A stretch of 64,000 nucleotides of DNA from an uncultured Eubacteriales bacterium (GTDB lineage: Bacteria; Actinomycetota; Coriobacteriia; Anaerosomatales; JAAXUF01), in assembly GCA_964388455.1 (NCBI GenBank), contig CAYMAN010000008.1:12289-76288 (forward strand), written 5' to 3'. This document shows positions 1 to 10,273 of the stretch, in pieces. The position numbers were made by a program, and so were the translations under genes. Under the pieces are notes generated by a model. It ran no database searches and was not told the DNA's origin. It worked only from the letters and a program-made list of their open reading frames with translations. The first letter of the stretch is position 1. Each line of letters opens with the position of its first letter.

Positions 1-828
<828 letters not shown>

Positions 829-838
829 GGAGACACGA

Positions 839-1264
839 ATGGCACGCACGCTCCTCTGCGAGATCGTCACGCCCGAGAGCATCCTCTACACCAATGAGGT
901 GGAGATGGTGGTTGCCTCCACGCCGCAGGGCGAGGTGGGTATCCTGCCGCTCCACATGCCCATGGTCACGTGTTTGGCTCCTGGCGAGGTTCGTCTTCGC
1001 TACGGATCCAACGCGGCGGACTGGGAGTACTTCTCGATCGCGGGCGGCTACCTGCAGGTCCACGAGGACAAGGTCATCATCCTCGCAGACGCTGCGGTAC
1101 CTGTTTCGCAGATCGACGTGACACGTGCGCGCGAGTCGAAGGCGCTCATCGAGGCTCGCATCGCCGAGCTTCCGGCCGACGCCATCGACGAGCGTGAGGA
1201 AGCTATCCGCGACCTCGCGTGGAACGAGATTCAGCTCAAGTGTGGGGAGAAGCGCTGCGGCTAG
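839..1264 (+). CDS. atpC: F1Fo ATP synthase subunit epsilon
   Basis: IVTPE...GEVGILPLH...GGYLQV N-terminal beta domain plus C-terminal helices; GGGAG RBS; directly after atpD. Confidence 0.96.
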   Translation: MARTLLCEIVTPESILYTNEVEMVVASTPQGEVGILPLHMPMVTCLAPGEVRLRYGSNAADWEYFSIAGGYLQVHEDKVIILADAAVPVSQIDVTRARESKALIEARIAELPADAIDEREEAIRDLAWNEIQLKCGEKRCG

Positions 1265-1295
1265 CGCCCTCCATTCACTACGGTTCGCAACGACA

Positions 1296-1331
1296 GAGCG
1301 GGCTCTCCACACGGAGGGCCCGCTCTTCTGT
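1296..1331 (+). terminator. Probable intrinsic terminator of the atp operon
   Basis: Stem GAGCGGGCTCTCC / GGAGGGCCCGCTC around an ACAC loop, followed by TTCTGT. Confidence 0.7.
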
Positions 1332-1367
1332 AGCCGTCCCGTTCACGCGCACACCTCGGAGGTACGG

Positions 1368-1373
1368 TATCCT
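1368..1373 (+). promoter_or_regulatory. Putative -10 element (TATCCT) of a leaderless murA transcript
   Basis: TANNNT hexamer 7 nt before ATG 1381; no properly spaced SD. Confidence 0.45.
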
Positions 1374-1380
1374 GTCACGC

Positions 1381-2640
1381 ATGGAATCAATCACAGTCAC
1401 TGGCGGCCGTCCCATCACCGGAACGGTTCACGTCGGAGGCGCCAAGAACTCGGCGCTCAAACTCATGGCAGCGTCGTTGTTGGCGCCCGGCGTGTCGCAT
1501 ATCACCAACGTCCCGGATATCTCCGACGTCGGCCTCATGACCAAGGTGCTCGAAGGCCTGGGCGCCGTAGTCGTACGCTCCGATCATGAGCTGTCGATCG
1601 ACGCGACCGACATCACCAGTTTCGTCGCTCCATATGAGCTGGTGGCCCAGATGCGTGCATCCATCTCCGTCCTCGGCCCGTTGGTCGCCCGTTATGGCCA
1701 GGCGCACGTGGCGATGCCCGGTGGATGCAACATCGGTTCTCGCAAGATCGACATGCACATCCGCGGGTTGGCGGAGCTTGGCGTTGTGATCGAGATGGGG
1801 CACGGTTTCCTTGACGCCTCAGTCCCGCCCGAGGGGCTCAAGGGCGCACACGTGGTGCTCGACTTCCCGAGCGTCGGTGCCACAGAGAACCTCCTCATGG
1901 CGGCGGTCGTCGCTTCAGATATCACGGTTATCGAGAATGCGGCCCGCGAGCCTGAGATCGTCGATCTCATCGAGTTCCTCAACTCCATGGGCGCGCAGAT
2001 CACGGGTGCTGGCAGTTCGACACTCCAGGTCCTCGGTGTCGAGTCGCTGCATCCCACCACACACCGAGTTGTCGGTGATCGCATCGAAGCGGGCACGTTC
2101 GTCGTCGCCGGCGCGCTTGCCGGCGGACCCGTGACCGTCAGGGGATTCGATCCCATGCATCTCGAGCTCGTGCTCTTGAAGCTGCGCCAAGCTGGATGCG
2201 ACATCGAGCTTCTTGCCGATGGTGTCACTATCCGGCGCACCAAGGCCGTTCGCCCTGTGGACATCCAGACCCTCCCGCACCCCGGATTCCCAACCGACAT
2301 GCAGGCGCAGTTCATGGCCTTGATGTCGATCGCCGAGGGCAACAGCATCATCAGCGAGAACGTCTTCGAGAATCGCTTCATGTTCGCCGGCGAACTTGCC
2401 CGCATGGGCGCCGACATCCGCATAGAAGGTCACCATGCGTTGGTCAAAGGCGTCACGGGGCTCTCCGGAGCGCCGGTACGCAGCACCGACCTGCGCGGTG
2501 GGGCCGCGCTTGTCATCGCCGCACTCGTCGCCGAGGACGACACCCGTATCGGGGACATCTACCACATCGATCGCGGCTACGAGTCCTTTGTCGAGAAGCT
2601 ACGGTCGCTTGGGGCCGATATCGTTCGCTCGGATTCGTGA
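1381..2640 (+). CDS. murA: UDP-N-acetylglucosamine 1-carboxyvinyltransferase
   Basis: [16 protein letters not shown] (catalytic Cys), [15 protein letters not shown] and DLRGGAAL motifs; start reassigned to ATG 1381. Confidence 0.98.
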   Translation: MESITVTGGRPITGTVHVGGAKNSALKLMAASLLAPGVSHITNVPDISDVGLMTKVLEGLGAVVVRSDHELSIDATDITSFVAPYELVAQMRASISVLGPLVARYGQAHVAMPGGCNIGSRKIDMHIRGLAELGVVIEMGHGFLDASVPPEGLKGAHVVLDFPSVGATENLLMAAVVASDITVIENAAREPEIVDLIEFLNSMGAQITGAGSSTLQVLGVESLHPTTHRVVGDRIEAGTFVVAGALAGGPVTVRGFDPMHLELVLLKLRQAGCDIELLADGVTIRRTKAVRPVDIQTLPHPGFPTDMQAQFMALMSIAEGNSIISENVFENRFMFAGELARMGADIRIEGHHALVKGVTGLSGAPVRSTDLRGGAALVIAALVAEDDTRIGDIYHIDRGYESFVEKLRSLGADIVRSDS

Positions 2641-2681
2641 CCTGCCCCGATCGTATCCGCGTCCCACTGAAGGAGACCATC

Positions 2682-3104
2682 ATGCTCGACCGCGCTGCTA
2701 TCGAAGCGATCATTCCGCACCGTCACCCGTTCCTTCTGGTGGACCGGGTGCTCGAACTCGAGACCGGTGTCTCGGCGGTGGGGGAGCTCGACGTCACCTC
2801 TGAGGCGTTCTGGGTACCTGGGCATTTTCCGGAGTACGCGGTTATGCCGGGTGTGCTGATAGTCGAGGCGCTGGCGCAGTGCGGTGCGGTCGCGTTGCTC
2901 TCACTCGAGGAGAACCAGGGCAGACTCGCGTTCTTCGGCGGGATCGACAAGGTGCGCTTCAAGAGGCAGGTCGTGCCGGGCGAGACGCTGCGCCTCGAGT
3001 GTCGAATCACCAAGATGCGCGGTCCCATCGGGTTCGGTGAGGCGAAGGCCTCCGTCAACGGCGAACTCGTATGCTCGGGCGACCTCATGTTTGCGATAAA
3101 ATAG
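2682..3104 (+). CDS. fabZ: 3-hydroxyacyl-ACP dehydratase
   Basis: [13 protein letters not shown] and [20 protein letters not shown] motifs; AGGAG RBS before ATG 2682. Confidence 0.96.
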   Translation: MLDRAAIEAIIPHRHPFLLVDRVLELETGVSAVGELDVTSEAFWVPGHFPEYAVMPGVLIVEALAQCGAVALLSLEENQGRLAFFGGIDKVRFKRQVVPGETLRLECRITKMRGPIGFGEAKASVNGELVCSGDLMFAIK

Positions 3105-3180
3105 CTGGGTTGTACGCGAGGAAGTCACCGTGGGCGGCATCCCGCTCACGGTAGCCAACGGAAGTGGAGCGGTTCTCAGT

Positions 3181-4476
3181 ATGGGCATCGAACAGCGTTT
3201 ACAGGATGGAAGCGCCGTCTTTGGCGTTGTCGGTCTCGGATACGTGGGTCTGCCGCTCGCCGTCGAGATGGCGAAGGCCGGCCATCGCGTTGTCGGACTC
3301 GAGGTCTCTGAAGGCAAGACCACCGAGGTCAACGCGGGCCGCAGCTACATTCCAGACGTCCCCACAGAGGAACTCGCCGAGCTTGTCTCGGCGGGACTCA
3401 TCTCCGCCACCACTGACTTTTCGCGTGCGGGGGAGTGCGACGCGATCGCCATCTGCGTCCCCACGCCGCTCGACGAGATGAAGGAGCCCGACACCAGTTT
3501 CATGGAGTCGGCAGCCCGCATGATCACGCCGTACCTGCACCCCGACATGCTCATCACGCTTGAGTCCACGACGTACCCGGGCACCACTGAGGAGATCGTG
3601 CAGCCCATCCTCGAGGCGAACGGCCTCAAGGTCGGCACCGACCTCTTCCTCGCGTTCTCGCCTGAGCGCGTCGATCCCGGCAACCCGGTCTACCAGACCT
3701 TCAACACTCCCAAGGTCGTCGGTGGCGTCACCAAGGACTGCACCACGGTCGCCGTGGCGTTCTACCAGCGCTTCATCGAGACCATCGTGCCGGTCTCCTC
3801 GACGCGCGCCGCCGAGATGACCAAGCTGCTCGAGAACATCTTCCGTTGCGTCAACATCGCTCTCATGAACGAGCTCCTGCTGGTCAGCGAGCGCATGGGC
3901 ATCAACATCTGGGAGGTCGTCGACGCGGCCAAGACCAAGCCGTTCGGCTTCATGCCCTTCTACCCGGGTCCCGGTCTCGGCGGTCACTGCATCCCGATCG
4001 ACCCCTTCTACCTCTCGTGGAAGGCGCGTCAGTTCGACATGCACACCGAGTTCATCGAGCTCGCCGGCAAGACCAACGAGGCTATGCCGTACTACGTGGT
4101 CCAGCGCCTCATGAACGCGCTCAACACACATCGCAAGGCGCTCGCCGGTAGCCGCATCCTGATGCTCGGCGTCGCCTACAAGGCAAACATCGACGACATG
4201 CGCGAGTCCCCGGCCATCAAGATCGCCGAGCTCCTCGCCGACAAGCACGCCGACGTCGTGTTCCACGACCCCTACGTAGCAGAGTTCTCGGCAGGCGGGA
4301 GGAGCTTCCCGTCAGTCGAGCTCACCGCCGAGGAACTCGCTGCAGCCGACGCGGTCCTCGTCGTCACCGATCACACCAACGTCGACTACCACCTCGTGGT
4401 TCGCTCGGCGAAGCTGATCCTCGACACACGCAATGCTCTGAAGGCGTTCGACGACAACAAGGTGGTGCGTCTCTAG
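3181..4476 (+). CDS. Nucleotide-sugar dehydrogenase, WbpA-like UDP-GlcNAc 6-dehydrogenase
   Basis: GLGYVGLPLA, CVPTP, ESTTYPGTT, SPERVDPGN, GGHCIPIDP and DMRESP motifs; clustered with WbpB/D/E-like genes. Confidence 0.9.
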   Translation: MGIEQRLQDGSAVFGVVGLGYVGLPLAVEMAKAGHRVVGLEVSEGKTTEVNAGRSYIPDVPTEELAELVSAGLISATTDFSRAGECDAIAICVPTPLDEMKEPDTSFMESAARMITPYLHPDMLITLESTTYPGTTEEIVQPILEANGLKVGTDLFLAFSPERVDPGNPVYQTFNTPKVVGGVTKDCTTVAVAFYQRFIETIVPVSSTRAAEMTKLLENIFRCVNIALMNELLLVSERMGINIWEVVDAAKTKPFGFMPFYPGPGLGGHCIPIDPFYLSWKARQFDMHTEFIELAGKTNEAMPYYVVQRLMNALNTHRKALAGSRILMLGVAYKANIDDMRESPAIKIAELLADKHADVVFHDPYVAEFSAGGRSFPSVELTAEELAAADAVLVVTDHTNVDYHLVVRSAKLILDTRNALKAFDDNKVVRL

Positions 4477-5505
4477 ATGGCGAAGCCTGTCCGTATCGGC
4501 GTGGTGGGCTTTGGATACTGGGGCCCCAACCTCGTTCGCAATCTCGACAAGCTCGCCGACGCCCAGATCGTCGCTGCCTGCGACCTGTCGCAGGCCAACC
4601 TGGACAAGCTCTCGGGACTCTACCCGTACGTCGAGACGACGACCGACCTCGACGAGCTCCTGTCCGAGAAGTACTCGCTGGATGCGGTAGTCGTCGCGAC
4701 CTCGGCGCCGAGTCATTACGCGATCGCCAAGCGCGTCCTCGAGGCGGGCAAGCACTGCTACGTCGAGAAGCCACTGACGCTCAAGAGTGCCGATTCCGAG
4801 GAGCTCGTACGGCTGGCGGATTCCAAGGGACTCGTGCTGTTCGTCGGCCACCTGATGGAGTATCACTCAGCGATCAACTGGATCAAGGAGTACGTGGCCT
4901 CGGGTGACCTCGGCGACGTGCTTTACGTCTACATGCAGCGCCTGAACCTTGGCAAGGTCCGCACCGAGGAGAACGCCTTCTGGTCGCTGGCTCCCCACGA
5001 CGTCTCGATCGCGCTCTACGTGCTGGGCGAGTCGCCGGATTACGTGTCGGCCACGGGCGCGTCGTACGTGACGCCGGGCGTGCAGGACACCGTCTTCGCC
5101 AACCTGCATTTCCCCAGCGGCAAGATGGCCAACATCCACGTGAGCTGGCTCGACCCGCATAAGATGCGCAAGTTCACTGTGGTCGGCACCAAGAAGATGC
5201 TCGTCTTCGACGACATGGAGGCTACCGAGAAGATCGCCATCTACGACCGCGGCGTCGGTGCACCCGACGATGCGATGTCGTATGGCGAGGACCTCACCCT
5301 GCGCTTTGGCGACATCACGATGCCGTGGGTCCCGCTCAAGGAGCCGCTCTCCATCGAGGTCCAGCACTTCCTCGACTGCTGCGACACCGGCGCCACCCCG
5401 CGCAGCGATGGCCGAGACGGACTGCGCGTGGTCCGAGTGCTCGAGGCTGTCGGAGAGTCGATGGCCGCAGGTGGCGCACCGGTGAACACGAGCGTGGAGG
5501 TCTAG
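4477..5505 (+). CDS. Gfo/Idh/MocA oxidoreductase, WbpB/WlbA-like UDP-GlcNAcA 3-dehydrogenase
   Basis: GFGYWG Rossmann motif, VEKPL, HVSWLDPHK; context between the dehydrogenase and the acetyltransferase. Confidence 0.85.
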   Translation: MAKPVRIGVVGFGYWGPNLVRNLDKLADAQIVAACDLSQANLDKLSGLYPYVETTTDLDELLSEKYSLDAVVVATSAPSHYAIAKRVLEAGKHCYVEKPLTLKSADSEELVRLADSKGLVLFVGHLMEYHSAINWIKEYVASGDLGDVLYVYMQRLNLGKVRTEENAFWSLAPHDVSIALYVLGESPDYVSATGASYVTPGVQDTVFANLHFPSGKMANIHVSWLDPHKMRKFTVVGTKKMLVFDDMEATEKIAIYDRGVGAPDDAMSYGEDLTLRFGDITMPWVPLKEPLSIEVQHFLDCCDTGATPRSDGRDGLRVVRVLEAVGESMAAGGAPVNTSVEV

Positions 5506-5507
5506 CT

Positions 5508-6308
5508 ATGAGTGCGTACATTCATCCCACGGCCCTGGTGAACCCTGAGTTCGTCCCCGCGCCGTTCACGGTCATCGATGAAGGCGTCGCCATCTTCAAG
5601 GGCGTCACCATCGGCTCCTTTGTGCACGTGCATGCCGGCGCGAAGCTGCATGAGAACGTCACCATCGGCGATCACGTCACCATCCGCGAGGGCGCTGAGC
5701 TCCACGAGGGTGCGGTCGTCTCGAACTTCGCGATCGTGGGCAAGCGGCCCAAGCTGGGCGCGAACTCCACCGCCAAGGGCGGGGAGCTGCCGGGTGCGGT
5801 CATCGGCGCAGGTACTTCGATCGGCAGCCACACCGTGATCATGGCCGGCACGACCATCGGCGAGAACTGCATCGTCGGCGACAACGCGGGCATCCGCGAG
5901 CGCTGTGTGATCGGCGACAACGTCGTCGTGGGCCGCAGCGTCACGGTCGAGAACGACACCACCATCGGCAGCCGCACCAAGATCCAGAGCGGCGCCTACA
6001 TCACCGCCTACGTGACGCTGGAGGAGGATGTCTTCATCGCCCCCATGGTCGTCACCACCAACGACAACTACATGGGTCGCACCGAGAAGCGCTTCGCCGA
6101 GCTCAAGGGCTGCACGGTTCGCCGAGGAGCCCGCGTCGGCGGCGGCAGTCACATCCTCCCGGGTATCGAGATCGGCGAGGAGGCGTTCATCGCCACCGGC
6201 TCGGTCGTCACGCGCGACGTGCCCGCCAAGATGCTGGTTCTCGGCGTACCCGCAAAACCGGTCCGCGAGGTCTCAAGCGAGGAATTGCTCGAGAACCAGA
6301 AGCGGTAA
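5508..6308 (+). CDS. Hexapeptide-repeat N-acetyltransferase, WbpD/WlbB-like, with an extended left-handed beta helix
   Basis: Many [LIV]Gxxxx repeats; EEDVFIAPMVVTTND and GSVVTRDVP...GVPA motifs. Confidence 0.85.
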   Translation: MSAYIHPTALVNPEFVPAPFTVIDEGVAIFKGVTIGSFVHVHAGAKLHENVTIGDHVTIREGAELHEGAVVSNFAIVGKRPKLGANSTAKGGELPGAVIGAGTSIGSHTVIMAGTTIGENCIVGDNAGIRERCVIGDNVVVGRSVTVENDTTIGSRTKIQSGAYITAYVTLEEDVFIAPMVVTTNDNYMGRTEKRFAELKGCTVRRGARVGGGSHILPGIEIGEEAFIATGSVVTRDVPAKMLVLGVPAKPVREVSSEELLENQKR

Positions 6309-6408
6309 CGAGTTCATCACGAGACGGCGGGCCTGCGGGCTCGTCGTTCACACTATGCCTTGAACCTGAGTAACCGCGCGAAAGCGCCTAACACTAGGAG
6401 CCGACGAC

Positions 6409-7515
6409 ATGGGTATCCCGCTGCTCGACCTCAAAGCCCAGTACCTCGACTTGAAGGAAGAGCTTGACGCCGTCTGGTTCGAGACGATGGGCAATGCGTC
6501 ATTCATCGGCGGACCCAAGGTCAAGGCGCTCGAGGCCCAGATCGCCGAGTACGTCGGCGCCAAGCACTGTGTCGCTTGTGGTAACGGCACCGACGCGCTG
6601 TTCCTGATACTCGCCGGGCTCGGCATCAGCAAGGGCGACGAGATCATCACGACGCCGTTCACCTTCTTCGCCACCGCCGAGTCGATCGCACACCTGGGCG
6701 CCAAGCCCGTGTTCGTCGATATCGAGCCCGGCACCTACAACATCAGCGTCGAGGCCATCAAGGCCGCGATCACGCCCGTGACCAAGGCGATCATGCCCGT
6801 CCACATCTTCGGCCAGTGTGCCGACATGGACGCCATCAACGCACTGGCCGAGGAGCATGGCCTCGTTGTCATCGAGGATGCCTGCCAGGCGATCGGCGCC
6901 ACCTACAAGGGCAAGATGGCGGGCTCGCTGGCCAAGGCCGCCGCATTCTCCTTCTTCCCCAGCAAGAACCTCGGATGCGCCGGCGACGGTGGCTGCATCA
7001 CGACCGACGACGACGAGCTCGCGGCGAAGTGTCGCAAGATCGCCGCGCACGGAACCAGCAAGAAGTACTACCACGACGCGATCGGCGTGAACTCGCGCCT
7101 GGATTCGTTGCAGGCAGCCATCCTGTCGGTCAAGCTGCCGCATCTGGACCGCTGGAACGGCGAGCGTCGTGCCGGCGCCGCGTACTACAACGAGCAGCTG
7201 GCGGGTCTTCCCGGTCTGGAGCTGCCGGTGGAGTTGCCTTATGGCGAGATGGTCTACCACCTCTACATCGTGAAGAGCGATCGCGCTGCAGACATCATGG
7301 CGGCGATGGCCGAGCGGGGAATCGGAACCGCGCTCTACTACCCGCTCGCGCTCCATGAGCAGGAAGCGTTCACGCTTCGCGAAGGTTACGTGAAGCCATC
7401 GCTTCCCGTCGCTGAGTCGTGCGATGGCAAGACGTTTGCACTTCCCTGCTTCCCGGGCATCACTCGCGAGCAGCAGGATGCCGTCGTGGCCGTAGTGAAG
7501 GGCGCTCTTAACTAG
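6409..7515 (+). CDS. DegT/DnrJ/EryC1/StrS PLP aminotransferase, WbpE-like
   Basis: GNGTDAL, TFFATAE, IEDACQA, SFFPSKNLG (PLP Lys) and NSRLDSLQAA motifs. Confidence 0.9.
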   Translation: MGIPLLDLKAQYLDLKEELDAVWFETMGNASFIGGPKVKALEAQIAEYVGAKHCVACGNGTDALFLILAGLGISKGDEIITTPFTFFATAESIAHLGAKPVFVDIEPGTYNISVEAIKAAITPVTKAIMPVHIFGQCADMDAINALAEEHGLVVIEDACQAIGATYKGKMAGSLAKAAAFSFFPSKNLGCAGDGGCITTDDDELAAKCRKIAAHGTSKKYYHDAIGVNSRLDSLQAAILSVKLPHLDRWNGERRAGAAYYNEQLAGLPGLELPVELPYGEMVYHLYIVKSDRAADIMAAMAERGIGTALYYPLALHEQEAFTLREGYVKPSLPVAESCDGKTFALPCFPGITREQQDAVVAVVKGALN

Positions 7516-9048
7516 ATGGGCAAGCATTCAGGTTCAGATAAAGGACGGAGAGTCGTAGGCAGCGGGGAGCACCCGCGGCCTCGTACCGGCTCACGCCGTG
7601 TCCCGGCCGAGCGTCGACGCCTTCCGGGCGAACGCGCGACCGCCGAGACGATGAGGGCGGGCGCCGAGACGTATCGGCTCTCTGACCCCTCGTCGCGCCG
7701 TCGCGGCTCACTTGAGACAGCGCCTGCTCGTCTCAAGATCGAGCGTGACAGGCGTCGCGCGCGTACCAAGCGCGTTGCTGTGCTTATCGCTGGCGCGCTT
7801 GCGGTGCTGACGTGTTTGGCGGCCGGCGGCGTCTTTGCGTACGCGAAGTACATCGAACGCACCATGCAGAGTACCGTCTTGCAGCAAGGCGAACTTGACG
7901 CCGTGCTCACCAAAGCCAAGCCCATGGAGCCGCTCAATATCCTGATTCTGGGCGCGGACTACCGTAAGGGTGACTTGAAGTACCGCACTGACTCGATGAT
8001 CGTTGCGCACGTGGACCCCCAGGCCAAGAAGATATGGTTGATCTCGATTCCGCGTGACACCCGTGTCGAGTACCCGGGACGTGGGGCGATCAAGATCAAC
8101 ACCGCGCACGTGTACGGTGGTGCCGCGGGCGCAGTGAGCGCGGTCGAGGACCTCACCGGCATGAAGATGAACCACTATCTCGAGGTCAACTTCAAGGGCT
8201 TCAAGAGGGCCGTCGACGCGATCGGTGGGGTCTGGATCGACGTCCCGGTCGCCATAGACGACAAACAGGCCGATCAGAGTCCCGGCAAGCGCGCCAGTAA
8301 GATCGACGCGGGCTACCAGCGACTCGACGGCGAGCATGCGCTCACCTTCGTGCGTGCGCGTCATCAGTTCGCCGACCAGGACTTCTCACGAATGAAGAAC
8401 CAGCAGTTGTTCTTCCTCGCGCTCGCGGACCAGATAGGCAAAGTCGGTAATGTCGCGAAGTTGCCGCAGATGGTCTCGGCCGTCGCCCCCTACATTCAGA
8501 CCGATATGTCGCTGGTGGAAATGATCAAGATGGCCCAGGCGTTGCGCGGCTCGGGGCGCGACAACATCTACACAGCCACGCTGAAGGGTGAGTGGAAATC
8601 ACCGTTCATCTACCCGGACACCGTGCTGCTGGCCAAGTTGATGAAGGACGTCAAAGAGGGCCGAAGCTTCGAGGCCACAGGCGCTGCGGATTCGTCAAAG
8701 ACCGTGGATGCCACCACGGCTTCGGTCAAGAAACCGTCACAGATCAAGATCACCGTGCGCAACGGTTCCGGACTGAACGGTGTGGCCAAGCAGGCTGCTT
8801 CGATCCTCAAGGCCAAGACGTTCGCGGTCGGTGAGGTCGGAAACGCCAATCAGAACGTCTACACCAAGACGATGATCATCTACAAAGACGATCTGGCCGC
8901 AGCGCAACTGGTCGCCTCGGCGATGCCGCCGGGAACCAAGATCGTCCAGAGCCGAGGGATGTACAGCTTCGACACCGACATCCTCGTGGTCGTAGGCAAG
9001 GACTGGGACGTCGCGAAGGTTCCTGCGGCGCCGGTCACCTCGCAGTAG
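7516..9048 (+). CDS. LCP (LytR-CpsA-Psr) glycopolymer-peptidoglycan ligase with C-terminal LytR_C domain
   Basis: Arg-rich N-tail, one TM helix, NILILGAD, RTDSM, SIPRDT, KINTA, ALTFVRAR and DFSRMKNQ motifs; C-terminal VRNGSG...DILVVVGKD. Confidence 0.93.
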   Translation: MGKHSGSDKGRRVVGSGEHPRPRTGSRRVPAERRRLPGERATAETMRAGAETYRLSDPSSRRRGSLETAPARLKIERDRRRARTKRVAVLIAGALAVLTCLAAGGVFAYAKYIERTMQSTVLQQGELDAVLTKAKPMEPLNILILGADYRKGDLKYRTDSMIVAHVDPQAKKIWLISIPRDTRVEYPGRGAIKINTAHVYGGAAGAVSAVEDLTGMKMNHYLEVNFKGFKRAVDAIGGVWIDVPVAIDDKQADQSPGKRASKIDAGYQRLDGEHALTFVRARHQFADQDFSRMKNQQLFFLALADQIGKVGNVAKLPQMVSAVAPYIQTDMSLVEMIKMAQALRGSGRDNIYTATLKGEWKSPFIYPDTVLLAKLMKDVKEGRSFEATGAADSSKTVDATTASVKKPSQIKITVRNGSGLNGVAKQAASILKAKTFAVGEVGNANQNVYTKTMIIYKDDLAAAQLVASAMPPGTKIVQSRGMYSFDTDILVVVGKDWDVAKVPAAPVTSQ

Positions 9049-10261
9049 CGTCTGCCGCCGCGCTCAGTACAGTGAGCACCTGCTCCGCGAGGAGATCTCG
9101 TGCGAACACGCGCTCGGCGACGCCTCGCGCGTTGACGCCCATCCGTTTGCGTAGCGCGCGGTCGTCTGCGAGCTTCACGATGGCGTCGCCCAAGGCTTCG
9201 CCGTCCTCGGCGGGCACGTAGATGCCGCACTCGTTGTCCTCGACGATCTCGCGCGTCCAGCCGTCGGAGTTCACGATCATCGGCTTGCCGCTGGCCAATC
9301 CGTCGAAGAGCTTGTTGGGCGAGTTGGTGGCAAGGATCGGTTTGTCGGCGAAGAGGACCATGAGTGTATCCGCGGTGCGCGTCAGAATGGGTACCTCGGC
9401 CTTGGGGACACTCCCGATCAGCTTGACGTTGGGGAGTGTCGCCGTGCGCTCGGTGAGCGCGGGCATCGATTTTCCGTCGCCGGCGACGAGGAACACGATG
9501 TCGTCTCGGCCACGCTCGATCAGGATGCGCGCGGCTTGCGGGACGTTGTCTTCGACGGCGTTGCTGGGGCCGATCGCGCCCGCATAACCCACGACGAACT
9601 TGTGCGCCAGGCCGTGCTTGCTCACGAGCTTCCGGTCGCGCGGCCCGGGCGTGAAGAGGTCGAGGTCGCTGGAGTTGGGAACCATGTGTACGCGCTCGCA
9701 GGGAACTCCCTCGGCGACGACACCGGCCGCCATGCCGGGGGAGAGTGCGATCACGTGAGCTGCTCGGCGATACAGAAACCGTTCCAGCATCTTGGCGACC
9801 GTGCCGAGAAGCCCGTGACGTTTGATGGCGCCCATCTGGATCGCCGCCTCGGGCCACAGGTCGCGGACCTCGAAGACGAACGGCGCACCGGTGATCGCGC
9901 TTGCGAGGTAACCGGGGACTCCGACTGTGAGCGGAGTCGAGGTCGCGAAGACGACGTCGTGCTTGCCCGCAGTGGCCGCGAGCCAGGTCGCGCCGATCAT
10001 GAACGCCACGAAGGAGCCGAGTCTGCGCCCGTAGTCCATGTAGTTGCTGTACGAGACCCGAACGCTCCGGATGTGGATGCCGTCGATGTCGCCGTCCACG
10101 AGCCGCCTGGCCGAGAACTCCTCGGGCAGACGCGACGATGATGTGACGATGGTGACCTGATGCCCCTGCTCCACCCAGCGACGTGCGAACTCATACGAGC
10201 GAATCAGCCCGAGTTCTGACTGTCGTGTCGCGAAGAACTGATGGATGTAGAGGATCCGCAT
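9035..10261 (-). CDS. GT4 family glycosyltransferase (WbuB-like)
   Basis: ATSTPL, FEVRDLWPE and NSPNKLFDGLASGKP motifs. Confidence 0.9.
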   Translation of the reverse strand: MRILYIHQFFATRQSELGLIRSYEFARRWVEQGHQVTIVTSSSRLPEEFSARRLVDGDIDGIHIRSVRVSYSNYMDYGRRLGSFVAFMIGATWLAATAGKHDVVFATSTPLTVGVPGYLASAITGAPFVFEVRDLWPEAAIQMGAIKRHGLLGTVAKMLERFLYRRAAHVIALSPGMAAGVVAEGVPCERVHMVPNSSDLDLFTPGPRDRKLVSKHGLAHKFVVGYAGAIGPSNAVEDNVPQAARILIERGRDDIVFLVAGDGKSMPALTERTATLPNVKLIGSVPKAEVPILTRTADTLMVLFADKPILATNSPNKLFDGLASGKPMIVNSDGWTREIVEDNECGIYVPAEDGEALGDAIVKLADDRALRKRMGVNARGVAERVFARDLLAEQVLTVLSAAADATAR

Positions 10262-10273
10262 AGGCGTTGAAGC

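Noticed and set aside
1219-1380. N-terminal extensions in the ORF track (murA, fabZ, ugd, pseI, SpsF-like, asnB and others)
   Set aside because: They overlap upstream genes or terminators; family homology and RBS or promoter signals start at downstream codons.
6325-6348. Hairpin between the acetyltransferase and aminotransferase genes
   Set aside because: Several G-U pairs and no U-tract; at most an mRNA stability element.
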